Both the position numbers and the translations under genes were made by a program. The notes under the pieces were generated by a model. The model searched no databases, was not told where the DNA came from, and saw only the letters and a program-made list of their open reading frames with translations. Source: Desulfuromonas sp. (GTDB lineage Bacteria > Desulfobacterota > Desulfuromonadia > Desulfuromonadales > BM515). Taken from it: a stretch of 64,000 bases of DNA. Shown in pieces: positions 1 through 7,579 of this stretch. Position 1 is the stretch's first letter. The number at the start of each line of letters is the position of its first letter. The stretch is from NCBI GenBank assembly GCA_002869635.1, contig PKUF01000121.1:26650-90649 (forward strand). The letters run 5' to 3'.

Positions 1-38
1 AAAAAGCGGCCCGGAAGATCACTTCCGGGCCGCTTTAC
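1..38 (-). terminator. Rho-independent terminator downstream of cbiO
   Basis: 13-bp stem AGCGGCCCGGAAG (5-17) / CTTCCGGGCCGCT (22-34). On the minus-strand transcript it is followed by a U-run (plus-strand AAAAA at 1-5). It lies about 25 nt after the cbiO stop. Confidence 0.7.
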
Positions 39-59
39 GTTAACGTTGAACTGGCAATT

Positions 60-815
60 TTATGTTTTAGGCGAACAGATGGGACACCCCTGCAGGCGTA
101 GAGGCTTTTCAAGATGACTGCGGGCAAGCAGATCATCGTCACGGAAAATCTCTTCCGTCGCCCCGTCGGCAGTGACCGTCCCTTCGTGCAGAACTATCGT
201 CCGTTCGCAGAGATCAAGGACCAGATCGAGGTCGTGGGTGGCGATGATTTTGGTGTGGTGGAAAGAGTCGAGAAGTCCGATCAGCCGCCGTCGCGCCCGA
301 GGGTCGAGACCGGTGGTCGGCTCGTCCATCACCAGAATATCCGGCGACATGGAGAGAACCGAGGCAATAGCAACCGCCCGTTTCTCCCCGCCGGAGAGGC
401 GAAAGGGGGGGCGATCACGCAGGTGCAGCGCCTCAACCCGCTCAAGAGCATCGACAACTCGGCTCTCCACCTCCTCGGCTGGAAGGCCGAGATTGAGGGG
501 ACCGAAAGCGACATCGTCAAAAACCGTCGGCATAAAGAGCTGATCATCAGGATCTTGAAAGACCATCCCGACGCTCCGCCGCACCTCATTGACCGTCTCA
601 CGCGTCAAAGGGTAATCACCAATACGCACCCGCCCCTCCCCCGGTGTCAGATAACCGTTGAGGTGAAGCAGCAAGGTCGACTTGCCGGCCCCGTTGGCAC
701 CAACGATCGCCACGGACTCACCATGGTGGATGCGGAACGAAATCCCCTGCACCGCTGCGGTGGCGTCTGGATAGGTAAAGTGAAGGTCTTCAACTTCGAC
801 AATATGATGGCTCAT
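60..815 (-). CDS. cbiO: ECF-type cobalt/nickel transporter ATP-binding protein (CbiO/NikO family)
   Basis: Walker A GANGAGKST, ABC signature LSGGEKRAVAIA, Walker B ILVMDEPT. Overlaps cbiQ by 4 bp. Confidence 0.9.
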   Translation of the reverse strand: MSHHIVEVEDLHFTYPDATAAVQGISFRIHHGESVAIVGANGAGKSTLLLHLNGYLTPGEGRVRIGDYPLTRETVNEVRRSVGMVFQDPDDQLFMPTVFDDVAFGPLNLGLPAEEVESRVVDALERVEALHLRDRPPFRLSGGEKRAVAIASVLSMSPDILVMDEPTTGLDPRARRRLIGLLDSFHHTKIIATHDLDLVLDLCERTIVLHEGTVTADGATEEIFRDDDLLARSHLEKPLRLQGCPICSPKT

Positions 816-1624
816 CGCAGAAGGTCCGTCAGCAAGGTGCCGAAAAGCTGCGGCAGGTTAATGAAACGGCAGAGAAGAAAGTACCCACTCCAGCCGGCGA
901 CGAAAAAAAGTTCGGCCATAGCGATGCGGCTGCTGCGCAACATGCGGATCTCGCCATCGAAGCCACGACAGAGCATCGCCAGATGGATGCGCCGAGCCCG
1001 CGCCAACGTCCGCAGCAGCAGTTGACCAATAAGATGGCCGAAGGTCTGCATCCCCAACCCTCGACCGCGAAAGGAGCGCAAGGCTCGGGCCCGCACCAGG
1101 CGGGTCGCCTCATCGACCAGCACGAAGAGATAGCGATAGAGAAAGAGGAGCTGCAGAGCAAAAGCACGCGGCGCCCCGAGCCGTTCGAGCGCCATACAGA
1201 CCCCGGAGAAGCTGGTGGTGGCGATCAGGATCAGCGCCGCCAGTACCGTCAGGGCGAACCGGAGCAGAATCGAAGCGAAGGAGACCCAGCCTCCGCTGAT
1301 CCCCCAGGCGCCAAGATGAAGCATGATTTCGCGGTCGAGGAAAGGATTGAAGATCCCGACGAAGAAGGCAAACGGCGCAGCCAAAAGCAGTTTGCGCAGG
1401 AGAAAGCCAGCGGGAAGGCGCCCACGGGCAATCAAAAGGATAGGGAAGAGAGCAAAAGGAATCAACGCCGAGAGGGCGTAGCGATCAAAGGAGACCACCA
1501 TCAGAACAAAAACGAGGGTCGTGACCAGCTTGGCTCGCGGGTCAAGACGGTGCAGTGGTGTATCGTCACCGGCCAGAGCGTCGAGAGTACCGATATCAAA
1601 AAAGGCGGATTCGAGTTTGGCCAT
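812..1624 (-). CDS. cbiQ: ECF transporter transmembrane T component (CbiQ family)
   Basis: Polytopic hydrophobic protein with a CbiQ-like N-terminus (LDPRAKL...). Translationally coupled to cbiO. Confidence 0.85.
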   Translation of the reverse strand: MAKLESAFFDIGTLDALAGDDTPLHRLDPRAKLVTTLVFVLMVVSFDRYALSALIPFALFPILLIARGRLPAGFLLRKLLLAAPFAFFVGIFNPFLDREIMLHLGAWGISGGWVSFASILLRFALTVLAALILIATTSFSGVCMALERLGAPRAFALQLLFLYRYLFVLVDEATRLVRARALRSFRGRGLGMQTFGHLIGQLLLRTLARARRIHLAMLCRGFDGEIRMLRSSRIAMAELFFVAGWSGYFLLCRFINLPQLFGTLLTDLLR

Positions 1625-1640
1625 GTGACAAGGACCGCGT

Positions 1641-2072
1641 TTAGTTCAAGGTGCAGGAGAGGGGTGAGCTGAACTCCCCTTCCGCAACAGGTGCAACAGA
1701 GGGCGAAGTCCAGTGACCGGTCAAGAGGCCGATCTTGGCGCGAAAATCATTCAGGGAGAACGGCTTAAGTAAACAGTGCACCGAACCGAAGCGTTTAAGA
1801 CGTCCCTCAAGCATCCCTTTTTGAGCGGTAATCAACAACACTTGTGGCGGGTGAGGCAGCCGGCTTGTCAGTTCGATCAAATCGAGACCGGTCACTTTCG
1901 GCATCTGCAGGTCGGTCACCAAAAGGTCGACCTCTCCCTGTAAAATCTGCGCCACCGCATCTTCGCCGTTCTCGGCGCTACGCACCGAAAAACCTTCCCG
2001 CTCTAAGACCCGCCGCAGAATATCGCGGTATCGGGGTTCATCATCCAGCACCAAGGCTCGCCAGCGCATCAT
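1641..2072 (-). CDS. Single-domain response regulator (receiver only)
   Basis: REC fold motifs: LVLDDEP, LLVTDLQMP (phospho-acceptor Asp), LLKPF (conserved Lys). No output domain. Confidence 0.85.
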   Translation of the reverse strand: MMRWRALVLDDEPRYRDILRRVLEREGFSVRSAENGEDAVAQILQGEVDLLVTDLQMPKVTGLDLIELTSRLPHPPQVLLITAQKGMLEGRLKRFGSVHCLLKPFSLNDFRAKIGLLTGHWTSPSVAPVAEGEFSSPLSCTLN

Positions 2073-2254
2073 CTTCTCCTTCCAGATCGGTTATACGAAT
2101 TCATCACGGAGGGACTTCAAGAAGAGTGCCAGAGAGCAAACAACGCAATTTCAAAAACTTAGGGTCGTTTTCGGGGGGGGCAGGGCGGTGAAGCGGTGAC
2201 AGAATGCCGTCTTCCCCCAGCAAAGCCGACAACTCTGGGGCGAAAAGATGTCGC

Positions 2255-2674
2255 CTAGGCGAGATTCTTACCGGTGGTGGTTGTCACCAGCTTGCCGTGT
2301 TTCACCCCCTTGGTCCCAATCAGCTCATCGGCAAGGCGCCGCACCGTCTTCCCCGTCCCTCGCACCACCACCACCTCAAGACAGTGATGAGCATCAAGAT
2401 GAACGTGCAGCGCCGAAACGATAGCGTCATGGTGCGAATGCTGATGTTCGGTAAGTTTGTCGGAGAGGTCGCGGGTGTGATGATCATAAACCAGGGTCAC
2501 CGTCCCTACCGTCTCCTCCTCGTCGTGACTCGACTGTTCTTCGACCAGTGAAGCGCGGATCAGGTCGCGGATCGCCTCGGAGCGATTGACATACCCTTTA
2601 TCGCGAATCAAGGCATCAAACTGATATAGCAAACGCTCATCGATGGAGATTCCGAAGCGAAGCAGATCGGCCAT
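2255..2674 (-). CDS. nikR: Nickel-responsive transcriptional regulator NikR
   Basis: Ribbon-helix-helix N-terminus ([24 protein letters not shown]). His-rich C-terminal metal-binding domain (HHTRDL..HQHSHHD..HVHLD..HCLEV). The internal ATG (MADLLRFG) was chosen as start; the ORF-track start at 2734 adds 20 unlikely residues. Confidence 0.85.
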   Translation of the reverse strand: MADLLRFGISIDERLLYQFDALIRDKGYVNRSEAIRDLIRASLVEEQSSHDEEETVGTVTLVYDHHTRDLSDKLTEHQHSHHDAIVSALHVHLDAHHCLEVVVVRGTGKTVRRLADELIGTKGVKHGKLVTTTTGKNLA

Positions 2675-2818
2675 AACAAACCCCTCTAGAATCGAAGTCG
2701 TGATACTTTGGCGCCTGTGTAACACGGTCAACAAAGAGGGTCAACCGCCCGACACCGCCTCCTGACATCGCTAACGCTCTTCTTTCCACCCGCTATCCAC
2801 AGCTTCCCCACGGCCATT

Positions 2819-2865
2819 TCACAACATCTAGTGTCGCCAAACCACACATCCTCCAGATATAGTAT
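2819..2865. promoter_or_regulatory. Two putative NrdR boxes upstream of nrdD
   Basis: TCACAACATCTAGTGT (2819-2834) matches the remembered NrdR-box consensus acaCwAtATaTwgtgt at 13/16. CCTCCAGATATAGTAT (2850-2865) matches at 11/16. Start-to-start spacing is 31 bp. Confidence 0.45.
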
Positions 2866-2873
2866 TAAAAATC

Positions 2874-2901
2874 TTGACTGCCGAAGATGATGTGCTACAG
2901 T
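2874..2901 (+). promoter_or_regulatory. Candidate sigma-70 promoter of nrdD
   Basis: TTGACT (2874-2879), 16-nt spacer, TACAGT (2896-2901). About 45 nt upstream of the nrdD ATG. Confidence 0.35.
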
Positions 2902-2944
2902 CCCGTCACTGTTTTTTGATGCCATCGTTGAGAGGGAGGGAAAG

Positions 2945-4927
2945 ATGCCTCAGCAGATCCGCAAACGGGACGGACGTCTCGTTCATTTTGAAGAGGAGAA
3001 GATCACCGAAGCGATCGCCAAAGCGGTCAAAGCGGTTGGTGGCCAGGACATGGAGCGTCCGGCCCAGATCACCGACCAGATCGTCAGCATCCTCGAGGTC
3101 TTCGCCAAGGGGGGCCGCGTCCCGACGGTGGAAAACGTTCAGGACCTGGTGGAGAAGATGCTCATCGAGAATGGGCACGCCCAAGTCGCCAAGGCGTACA
3201 TTCTCTACCGCAGCCAACGCGAGACGCTGCGCCAGACCAAACAGTTCATGCAGCAATCGATCGAAGCGATCGATTCCTACCTCACCCGTGAGGATTGGCG
3301 GGTCAACGAGAACGCCAATATGGGGTACTCGCTGCAGGGGCTCAACAACCACATCGCTTCGAACATCACCAGCAACTACTGGCTCAACAAGATCTATCCT
3401 GAAGCGGTCGCAAGCGCCCACCGCAACGGCGACTACCATATTCACGACCTCGGGATGCTCTCGGTCTACTGTTGCGGCTGGGACCTGAAAGATCTCCTCC
3501 TCAAAGGGTTCACCGGCGCCTTCGGCAAGGTCCAGAGCGGTCCGCCCAGGCATTTTCGCACCGCCCTTGGCCAGGTGGTCAACTTCTTCTACACCCTTCA
3601 GGGTGAGGCAGCCGGAGCTCAAGCCTTTGCCAGCTTTGACACCTTACTCGCCCCTTTTATTCGCTACGACAAGCTCGGCTACAAAGAGGTGAAACAGTCG
3701 CTGCAGGAGTTCATCTTCAACATGAACGTGCCGACCCGCGTCGGCTTCCAGACCCCCTTCACCAACATCACCCTCGACATGACTCCGCCCAAGGGGATGT
3801 CACAAGAGGGGGTGATCATCGGCGGTGAGATTCAGGAGGAGACCTACGGCGACTTCCAGGAGGAGATGGATCTGTTCAACCGCGCCTTCTGCGAAATCAT
3901 GATGACCGGTGATGCCTCGGGGCGGATCTTCTCTTTCCCGATCCCGACCTACAACATCACTGCCGGCTTCGACTGGGAATCGGAGCGTTTCAAGCCGATC
4001 TGGGAGATGACCGCTAAGTACGGCATCCCCTACTTCAGCAACTTCATCAATTCTGACATGGACCCGGAGGATGCTCGCTCCATGTGCTGCCGTTTGCGCC
4101 TCGACAACCGCGAACTGCGCCGGCGTGGTGGCGGCCTCTTCGGCTCAAACCCACTCACCGGCTCCATCGGCGTCGTCACCCTCAATCTGCCTCGTGCCGC
4201 CTATGAGGCGAAGGGGAATGTCGAAACCTTTCACGCTCGGCTACTTGAACTGATGGAACTGGGAAAGACCTCCCTTGAAATCAAGCGCAAGCAACTCGAA
4301 CGCTTCACCAGCGAGGGGCTCTACCCTTACAGCCGCTTTTACCTCGACGCCATTCACCAACGCAACGGTCGTTTCTGGGACAACCATTTTTCGACCATCG
4401 GCCTGATCGGGATGAACGAGGCGTGCCTCAACCTCATCAACTGCGGAATCGATACCCCTGAGGGAACAACACTGGCAACCGCGACCCTCGAATTCATGCG
4501 CGGTCACCTTGAGCGCTTCCAAGAGGAGACCGGCCACCTCTACAACCTTGAAGCGACCCCCGCCGAAGGAACAAGCTTCCGCCTCGCCAGCCGCGACAAA
4601 GAGCTCTATCCCGAGATCCACAGCGCCGGCAACAGCGAACCCTACTACACCAACTCAACCCAGCTCCCGGTCGGTAGCACCGAAGATATCTTCAGCGCCC
4701 TGACACATCAGGATCCGCTGCAGACGCTCTATACCGGCGGCACGGTCTTTCACGGTTTTCTTGGTGAGCGCCTCGAAGACTGGCGCCAGGCGCGGCTCTT
4801 GGTGCGACGCATCGCCGAGAACTTCCATCTCCCCTACTTCACCCTCAGTCCGACCTTCACCATTTGCCCGGTGCACGGCTATATCCCCGGCGAGCATTTT
4901 GACTGCCCACATCATCAGGCAGCGTGA
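2945..4927 (+). CDS. nrdD: Anaerobic (class III) ribonucleoside-triphosphate reductase, large polypeptide lacking the glycyl-radical tail
   Basis: N-terminal ATP-cone (IRKRDGRLVHFEEEKI). NrdD core. C-terminal ICPVHGYIPGEHFDCP zinc-ribbon start. Ends at an in-frame TGA (4925-4927) before the glycyl-radical motif. Confidence 0.85.
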   Translation: MPQQIRKRDGRLVHFEEEKITEAIAKAVKAVGGQDMERPAQITDQIVSILEVFAKGGRVPTVENVQDLVEKMLIENGHAQVAKAYILYRSQRETLRQTKQFMQQSIEAIDSYLTREDWRVNENANMGYSLQGLNNHIASNITSNYWLNKIYPEAVASAHRNGDYHIHDLGMLSVYCCGWDLKDLLLKGFTGAFGKVQSGPPRHFRTALGQVVNFFYTLQGEAAGAQAFASFDTLLAPFIRYDKLGYKEVKQSLQEFIFNMNVPTRVGFQTPFTNITLDMTPPKGMSQEGVIIGGEIQEETYGDFQEEMDLFNRAFCEIMMTGDASGRIFSFPIPTYNITAGFDWESERFKPIWEMTAKYGIPYFSNFINSDMDPEDARSMCCRLRLDNRELRRRGGGLFGSNPLTGSIGVVTLNLPRAAYEAKGNVETFHARLLELMELGKTSLEIKRKQLERFTSEGLYPYSRFYLDAIHQRNGRFWDNHFSTIGLIGMNEACLNLINCGIDTPEGTTLATATLEFMRGHLERFQEETGHLYNLEATPAEGTSFRLASRDKELYPEIHSAGNSEPYYTNSTQLPVGSTEDIFSALTHQDPLQTLYTGGTVFHGFLGERLEDWRQARLLVRRIAENFHLPYFTLSPTFTICPVHGYIPGEHFDCPHHQAA

Positions 4928-4948
4928 CCCCATACAAGGAGAGAGACG

Positions 4949-5107
4949 ATGAACACCATTTGTGAGGAAAAAACCGAAGTCTACGCCCGCGTCTGCGGCT
5001 TCTTCCGCCCGGTCCAGCAGTGGAATAAGGGAAAGAAAGAAGAGTTTAACGACCGTTCCGAGTTTGTTGTCGGCCAGAGCGAGACGGACAACAACGTTGG
5101 CGATTAA
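4949..5107 (+). CDS. 52-aa ORF carrying the NrdD glycyl-radical motif (MNTICEEKTEVYARVCGFFRPVQQWNKGKKEEFNDRSEFVVGQSETDNNVGD)
   Basis: My own translation; the ORF is below the track cutoff. It is in the same frame as nrdD, 21 nt after the TGA. Strong SD AGGAGA (4937-4942) lies 6 nt before the ATG. RVCGFFRPV..WNKGKKEEF is the canonical NrdD C-terminal glycyl-radical region. Confidence 0.6.
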   Translation: MNTICEEKTEVYARVCGFFRPVQQWNKGKKEEFNDRSEFVVGQSETDNNVGD

Positions 5108-5795
5108 AGGGTTTCAGGGGACATCGCTGGTCGATTACCCCGGCAAGATGGCGGCCCTGATATTCTTCGGCGGTTGCAATCTGACCTGTCCCTTCTGTCA
5201 CAACCCGGCCTTGGTTATCGCACCGCAAGAGCTGCCGGATATGCCGTATGAGCTCCTCCTAGAAGAGCTCGAAACACGCCGCGGTTTCATTGATGGCGTG
5301 GTGATCACCGGAGGAGAGCCGACCCTCGCCAAAGAACTCCCTGATCTGTTGCGGCAACTACGCCGGCTCAACTTACAGATCAAGCTCGACACCAACGGCC
5401 TCCTCCCGGACACTCTCAGTGAACTCATCAACGAGAAGCTACTTGACTTGGTCGCCCTCGACCTTAAAACCGCACCACACCGTTACAACGAGCTTCACTC
5501 CACCCCGATTGCGACAGATCTCCTTAAGCAAAGCATCGCTCTGCTCAAAGGACAAAAGAGCTGTCAGGTGGAGTTTCGCACCACCTGCGTTCCTGGGCTT
5601 ATCGGGGAAAAGGAGATCCACCTTCTCGGCACCTCCCTCAGCGGCGCCAAGGAGTGGTCCCTGCAACAGTACGCCCCCGGACATGCCCTCGATCCGGCCT
5701 GGAAAGAGCTCCGGCCTTACTCTTCGGCAGATCTCTACCAACTCGCCCGCATTGCCGGAACCTATGTCCCAACAATTCACTGGCGAGGGCGCTAA
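5097..5795 (+). CDS. nrdG: Anaerobic ribonucleotide reductase activating protein (radical SAM)
   Basis: IKGFQGTSLVDYPGK..FFGGCNLTCPFCHNP (CxxxCxxC cluster). Likely TTG start at 5097, giving MAIKGF. The ORF-track start at 4962 overlaps the glycyl-radical ORF in another frame and is unlikely. Confidence 0.8.
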   Translation: MAIKGFQGTSLVDYPGKMAALIFFGGCNLTCPFCHNPALVIAPQELPDMPYELLLEELETRRGFIDGVVITGGEPTLAKELPDLLRQLRRLNLQIKLDTNGLLPDTLSELINEKLLDLVALDLKTAPHRYNELHSTPIATDLLKQSIALLKGQKSCQVEFRTTCVPGLIGEKEIHLLGTSLSGAKEWSLQQYAPGHALDPAWKELRPYSSADLYQLARIAGTYVPTIHWRGR

Positions 5796-5822
5796 ATTTC
5801 ATCTTCATTCTCCCTGGAAACA

Positions 5823-5860
5823 GTAAAGAGGCCGTGAACAGTTGTTCACGGCCTCTTTAC
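5823..5860. terminator. Bidirectional hairpin terminator after nrdG
   Basis: Perfect inverted repeat GTAAAGAGGCCGTGAAC / GTTCACGGCCTCTTTAC. Confidence 0.6.
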
Positions 5861-5889
5861 TGTCGAAATCGATAGTTGCAGAAATAGCG

Positions 5890-6018
5890 CTAAAACCGCA
5901 ACCAGAGCAGGAAGGAGAAACTGAAAACTGCCAGAACACCACCTGCGAGGGTATAGAGCAGATAATCGAGAAAACCAGAATTTTTTGCCGGAGTCCGGAC
6001 CGAATTTTCTTGCTGCAT
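5890..6018 (-). CDS. Possible 42-aa small membrane protein (MQQENSVRTPAKNSGFLDYLLYTLAGGVLAVFSFSFLLWLRF)
   Basis: My own translation. AGGAGAG lies just upstream. One hydrophobic helix. Ends next to the bidirectional hairpin. No homology recognised. Confidence 0.3.
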   Translation of the reverse strand: MQQENSVRTPAKNSGFLDYLLYTLAGGVLAVFSFSFLLWLRF

Positions 6019-6161
6019 AACTCTCCTCATCACGACCTAGATCTCATTTTCATCCGTGGGGTGTTTTTCTAGCAACTTAAATGCCAAAGAACTTTATAAT
6101 CATTTCTCTTCTTGCCAAATTCAGGGACGAGGGTAGATTTGAAAACAGGAGGTACCCGTAA

Positions 6162-6506
6162 ATGACGCCTATAGCCCCCTCCCCCGACAATGATTTCACA
6201 CGCCAGATCGAAGCTCTCGACAGTCGAGACCCTGAGGCCTTTGAACGCCGCCGCGAGGCCTTGTTACAGCAGCTCCTAGAAACGTTTCCCGAAGACGCAA
6301 GGCAGCGGGCACAACAATGGCAGTTCCGCCTCGACGCGACCCTTGCCCGCTACCACCACCCTTTGGCTCGAATGAACAAAATGGTAGAGCTTTTTTGGGA
6401 AGGAGTTCACACCTTCAAATACACCCTCGACCACCCATCCCCTCTCAAAGAAAAGCGCCCTTCGGCAAAAGTCATCCCGCTTTTCCGCCGGAAAAATAAC
6501 GACTAG
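6162..6506 (+). CDS. DUF3135-like small protein
   Basis: Pattern ..DPEAFERRREALLQQLLE..P...RQRAQQWQFRLD resembles the DUF3135 family from memory. RBS AGGAGG upstream. Confidence 0.5.
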   Translation: MTPIAPSPDNDFTRQIEALDSRDPEAFERRREALLQQLLETFPEDARQRAQQWQFRLDATLARYHHPLARMNKMVELFWEGVHTFKYTLDHPSPLKEKRPSAKVIPLFRRKNND

Positions 6507-6713
6507 CGGCAAAAAGACACGACATGCCACCCTCCCCCTGTGCTTTTACACAGTAACGGCAGCCCTTTTTCGTCTCCCCCCCACTGCCATTCCCCTGATC
6601 CTCCACAGATAAACGTGTTGCCTGTTTGGCCACAGCCATGGTATTTTGCGACCTTAGCGCGTTCGTGGCGACATTTTAACCACAACCGTAGCACAAGAGG
6701 GGGAGAACCAACC

Positions 6714-7517
6714 ATGCACCTTCTTCGGCTTTGCCTGATCGTGCTCTGTCTCACGACACCTTGGGAGTCTCAAGCAGCACCCTTACGCTATGCTGGCGCG
6801 ACAACGCTGCAACGCGATTTCATGCCCGAGGCGACGCGACTCTATGAAAAGGAGACGGGGACGGACTTCCGCATCCAAGGCGGAAATACCGTCCCAGGGC
6901 TTCGGGCTTTGCTCAATGGCGATGTAGAAATCGCTGGGGCCGGTCGTTTTCTTAGCGTGACCGAAAAAGAGGCTGGACTCGTCGAGACTTTGATCGGCTG
7001 GGATGCGATGAGCGTCATTGTCCACCGTGACAATCCAGTTTCGAACCTCACCCTTGACCAGTTGCGCAACATTTTTTCCGGGAGCGTCCAAAACTGGCGT
7101 GAGGTCGGAGGCCAAGATCAGGCGATCCTGGTCGTCGCCACCCCTCCTGGCTCCGGCATGCGAAGCATGAGCGAACAACTGATCCTCAAGGGGAAGTCGC
7201 CTCTCACCAGCAAAGCGATCATGGCCCCCTTAGTCCATGACGCAGACCAACAGGTCGCCCGGTTTCCTATGGCGATCACGGTCCTTAGCCAAAGCATGCT
7301 CGACGCTGATGGAGTCAAAAGACTCCCTGTCGACGGCATGCTCCCGGAGGAGTCTCTCTTCGGAGAAGGGGGGTACCCCTTGGTCAAACCACTGCTCCTT
7401 GTCACGCGCAGTGACCCTGATGCCGCAACTGCTGCCTTTATCCGCTTTGCCTTGAGTGATCCGGCCCAGCAGTTGTTGAAGAAAAAGTTTTATCCACTTA
7501 AACATACGCTTCCCTGA
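6714..7517 (+). CDS. Periplasmic PstS-like (PBP-like 2) substrate-binding protein
   Basis: Signal peptide MHLLRLCLIVLCLTTPWESQA. PBP motifs GGNTVPGLRALLNGDVEIAGAGR and LTLDQLRNIFSG..NWREVGG. ATG at 6714 is preceded by GAGGGGGAG. Confidence 0.75.
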   Translation: MHLLRLCLIVLCLTTPWESQAAPLRYAGATTLQRDFMPEATRLYEKETGTDFRIQGGNTVPGLRALLNGDVEIAGAGRFLSVTEKEAGLVETLIGWDAMSVIVHRDNPVSNLTLDQLRNIFSGSVQNWREVGGQDQAILVVATPPGSGMRSMSEQLILKGKSPLTSKAIMAPLVHDADQQVARFPMAITVLSQSMLDADGVKRLPVDGMLPEESLFGEGGYPLVKPLLLVTRSDPDAATAAFIRFALSDPAQQLLKKKFYPLKHTLP

Positions 7518-7579
7518 CGGCCTCTCTGTCGGCCAACGGAATCTCTGCTGACAGCCCCCTGCCCCTCAAAGGATTTGCC

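Noticed and set aside
114-1672. Long plus-strand ORFs (303 aa and 229 aa) antisense to cbiO/cbiQ
   Set aside because: These are shadow ORFs of a GC-rich coding region. They are Arg/Pro/Gly-rich and have no motifs, whereas the minus-strand products have clear ABC/CbiQ signatures.
2728-2925. 65-aa minus-strand ORF in the nikR-nrdD intergenic region
   Set aside because: It covers the putative NrdR boxes and the nrdD promoter. No RBS and no motif. It is more plausibly regulatory DNA.
4925-4990. Selenocysteine recoding of the in-frame TGA in nrdD
   Set aside because: I could not find a convincing SECIS-type hairpin in the 60 nt after the TGA. A strong SD plus ATG follows instead, which favours independent initiation. 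It is kept as an alternative in the finding but not called.
4962-5096. ORF-track N-terminal extension of nrdG (MRKKPKSTPASAASS...)
   Set aside because: It overlaps the glycyl-radical ORF in another frame and has low-complexity Ser/Ala/Arg-rich content typical of off-frame GC-rich translation. The family-typical N-terminus (xAIKGFQ) starts at TTG 5097.
5842-6072. 76-aa plus-strand ORF after nrdG
   Set aside because: It starts inside the terminator hairpin and has no RBS. The opposite strand holds a more plausible small membrane ORF with an SD.
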